DNA from: Lama guanicoe
Lineage: Eukaryota
Reading direction: 5' to 3'
Assembly: GCA_013239625.1 (NCBI GenBank)
Contig: MU054323.1
Span: 19,548,819 to 19,611,185, forward strand
DNA length: 62,367 bases
Below, piece after piece: positions 61,871 to 62,367 of this stretch. The position numbers were made by a program, and so were the translations under genes. Within the stretch, counting starts at the first letter, position 1; every line of letters starts with the position of its first letter. The notes under the pieces were generated by a model. That model made no database searches. It was not told the DNA's origin and was given only the letters and a program-made list of their open reading frames with translations.

Positions 61871-62367
61871 ATGGCAATAAACACACATCTATCATTAATT
61901 ACTGTAAATGTTAATGGACTAAATGCTCCAGTCAAAAGACACAGAGTGGCAGACTGGATACTAAAGCAAGAACCTTCTAGCATACCAGAGACCTACTTTA
62001 GGGAGAAGGACACATATAGATTGAGAGTGAAAGAATGGAAAAGGATATTCCATGCAAATGGAAAAGCCAAAAAAGCAGGTGTTGCAGTACTGATTTCAGA
62101 CAAAATAGACTTTAAAACAAAGGCCATAAAGAAAGATAAAGAAGGACATTTTATAATGATTAAAGGAGTGATACAAGATGAAGATATTACACTCGTTAAT
62201 ATATATGCACCCAATATAGGAGCACCTAAGTACATACAAGAATTACTAACAGAGATAAAGGGGGATATTGATGGGAATACAATCATAGTTGGAGATTTTA
62301 ACACTGCATTAACATCACTAGACAGATCTTCCAGACAGAAAATAAACAAGGCAACAGAGAAATTAAA
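61871..62367 (+). CDS. ORF2: L1 ORF2p N-terminal APE-like endonuclease domain (partial, open to window end)
   Basis: My translation: MAINTHLSLITVNVNGLNAPVKRHRVADWILKQEPSSIPETY...NIYAPNIGAP...IIVGDFNTALTSLDRSSRQKINK, no stop before 62367. Confidence 0.9.
   Translation, partial: MAINTHLSLITVNVNGLNAPVKRHRVADWILKQEPSSIPETYFREKDTYRLRVKEWKRIFHANGKAKKAGVAVLISDKIDFKTKAIKKDKEGHFIMIKGVIQDEDITLVNIYAPNIGAPKYIQELLTEIKGDIDGNTIIVGDFNTALTSLDRSSRQKINKATEKL

Larger units (their letters stand above)
58836..62367 (+). mobile_element. 5' part of a relatively young, probably full-length L1 (runs off the window)
   Basis: Begins ggagg...caagatgg (YY1-like), CpG-rich 5'UTR, T-rich tract, then ORF1, spacer and ORF2 in canonical order. 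Confidence 0.95.

Noticed and set aside
61993..62349. 118-aa hydrophobic minus-strand ORF
   Set aside because: Antisense shadow of L1 ORF2
1..62367. Inferring a host gene strand from repeat orientation
   Set aside because: Most L1s are on + (implying a minus-strand host) while the LTRs are on - (implying a plus-strand host); the signals conflict
1..62367. CRISPR array, operon or other prokaryotic/viral system
   Set aside because: No regularly spaced repeats or gene-dense segments; repeat content is eutherian throughout

Overview
Mammalian intergenic or intronic DNA, most likely camelid. The inference rests on five tRNA-Ala-derived SINE copies resembling the camelid Vic-1 family; the species cannot be proven from this window. 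I recognise no host protein-coding exon, RNA gene, CRISPR array or prokaryotic system. The window is a patchwork of ancient eutherian repeats (MIR, L2, L3/CR1, MLT1 and ERV1-type LTRs, MER3/5/20/58/94/103/104, MER2-type Tigger, old L1M 3' ends) plus younger SINEs and L1s. It ends in a nested L1 stack capped by the 5' 3.5 kb of a relatively young L1 (CpG-rich 5'UTR, broken ORF1, ORF2 endonuclease domain open to the window edge). The only ORF-track proteins I recognise are L1 ORF1p/ORF2p remnants. The best observations are structural or regulatory: a near-perfect 178-bp tandem duplication, a twin-priming inverted L1 tail, an unexplained exact 21-bp direct repeat 1.5 kb apart, a CRE/CCAAT/TATA cluster, a K50-homeodomain site cluster, a good CTCF candidate and an antisense ORF in the L1 5'UTR. 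I found no convincing previously undescribed biological system. Repeat family names are by eye from remembered consensus sequences, and repeat boundaries are approximate unless a target-site duplication (TSD) is quoted.
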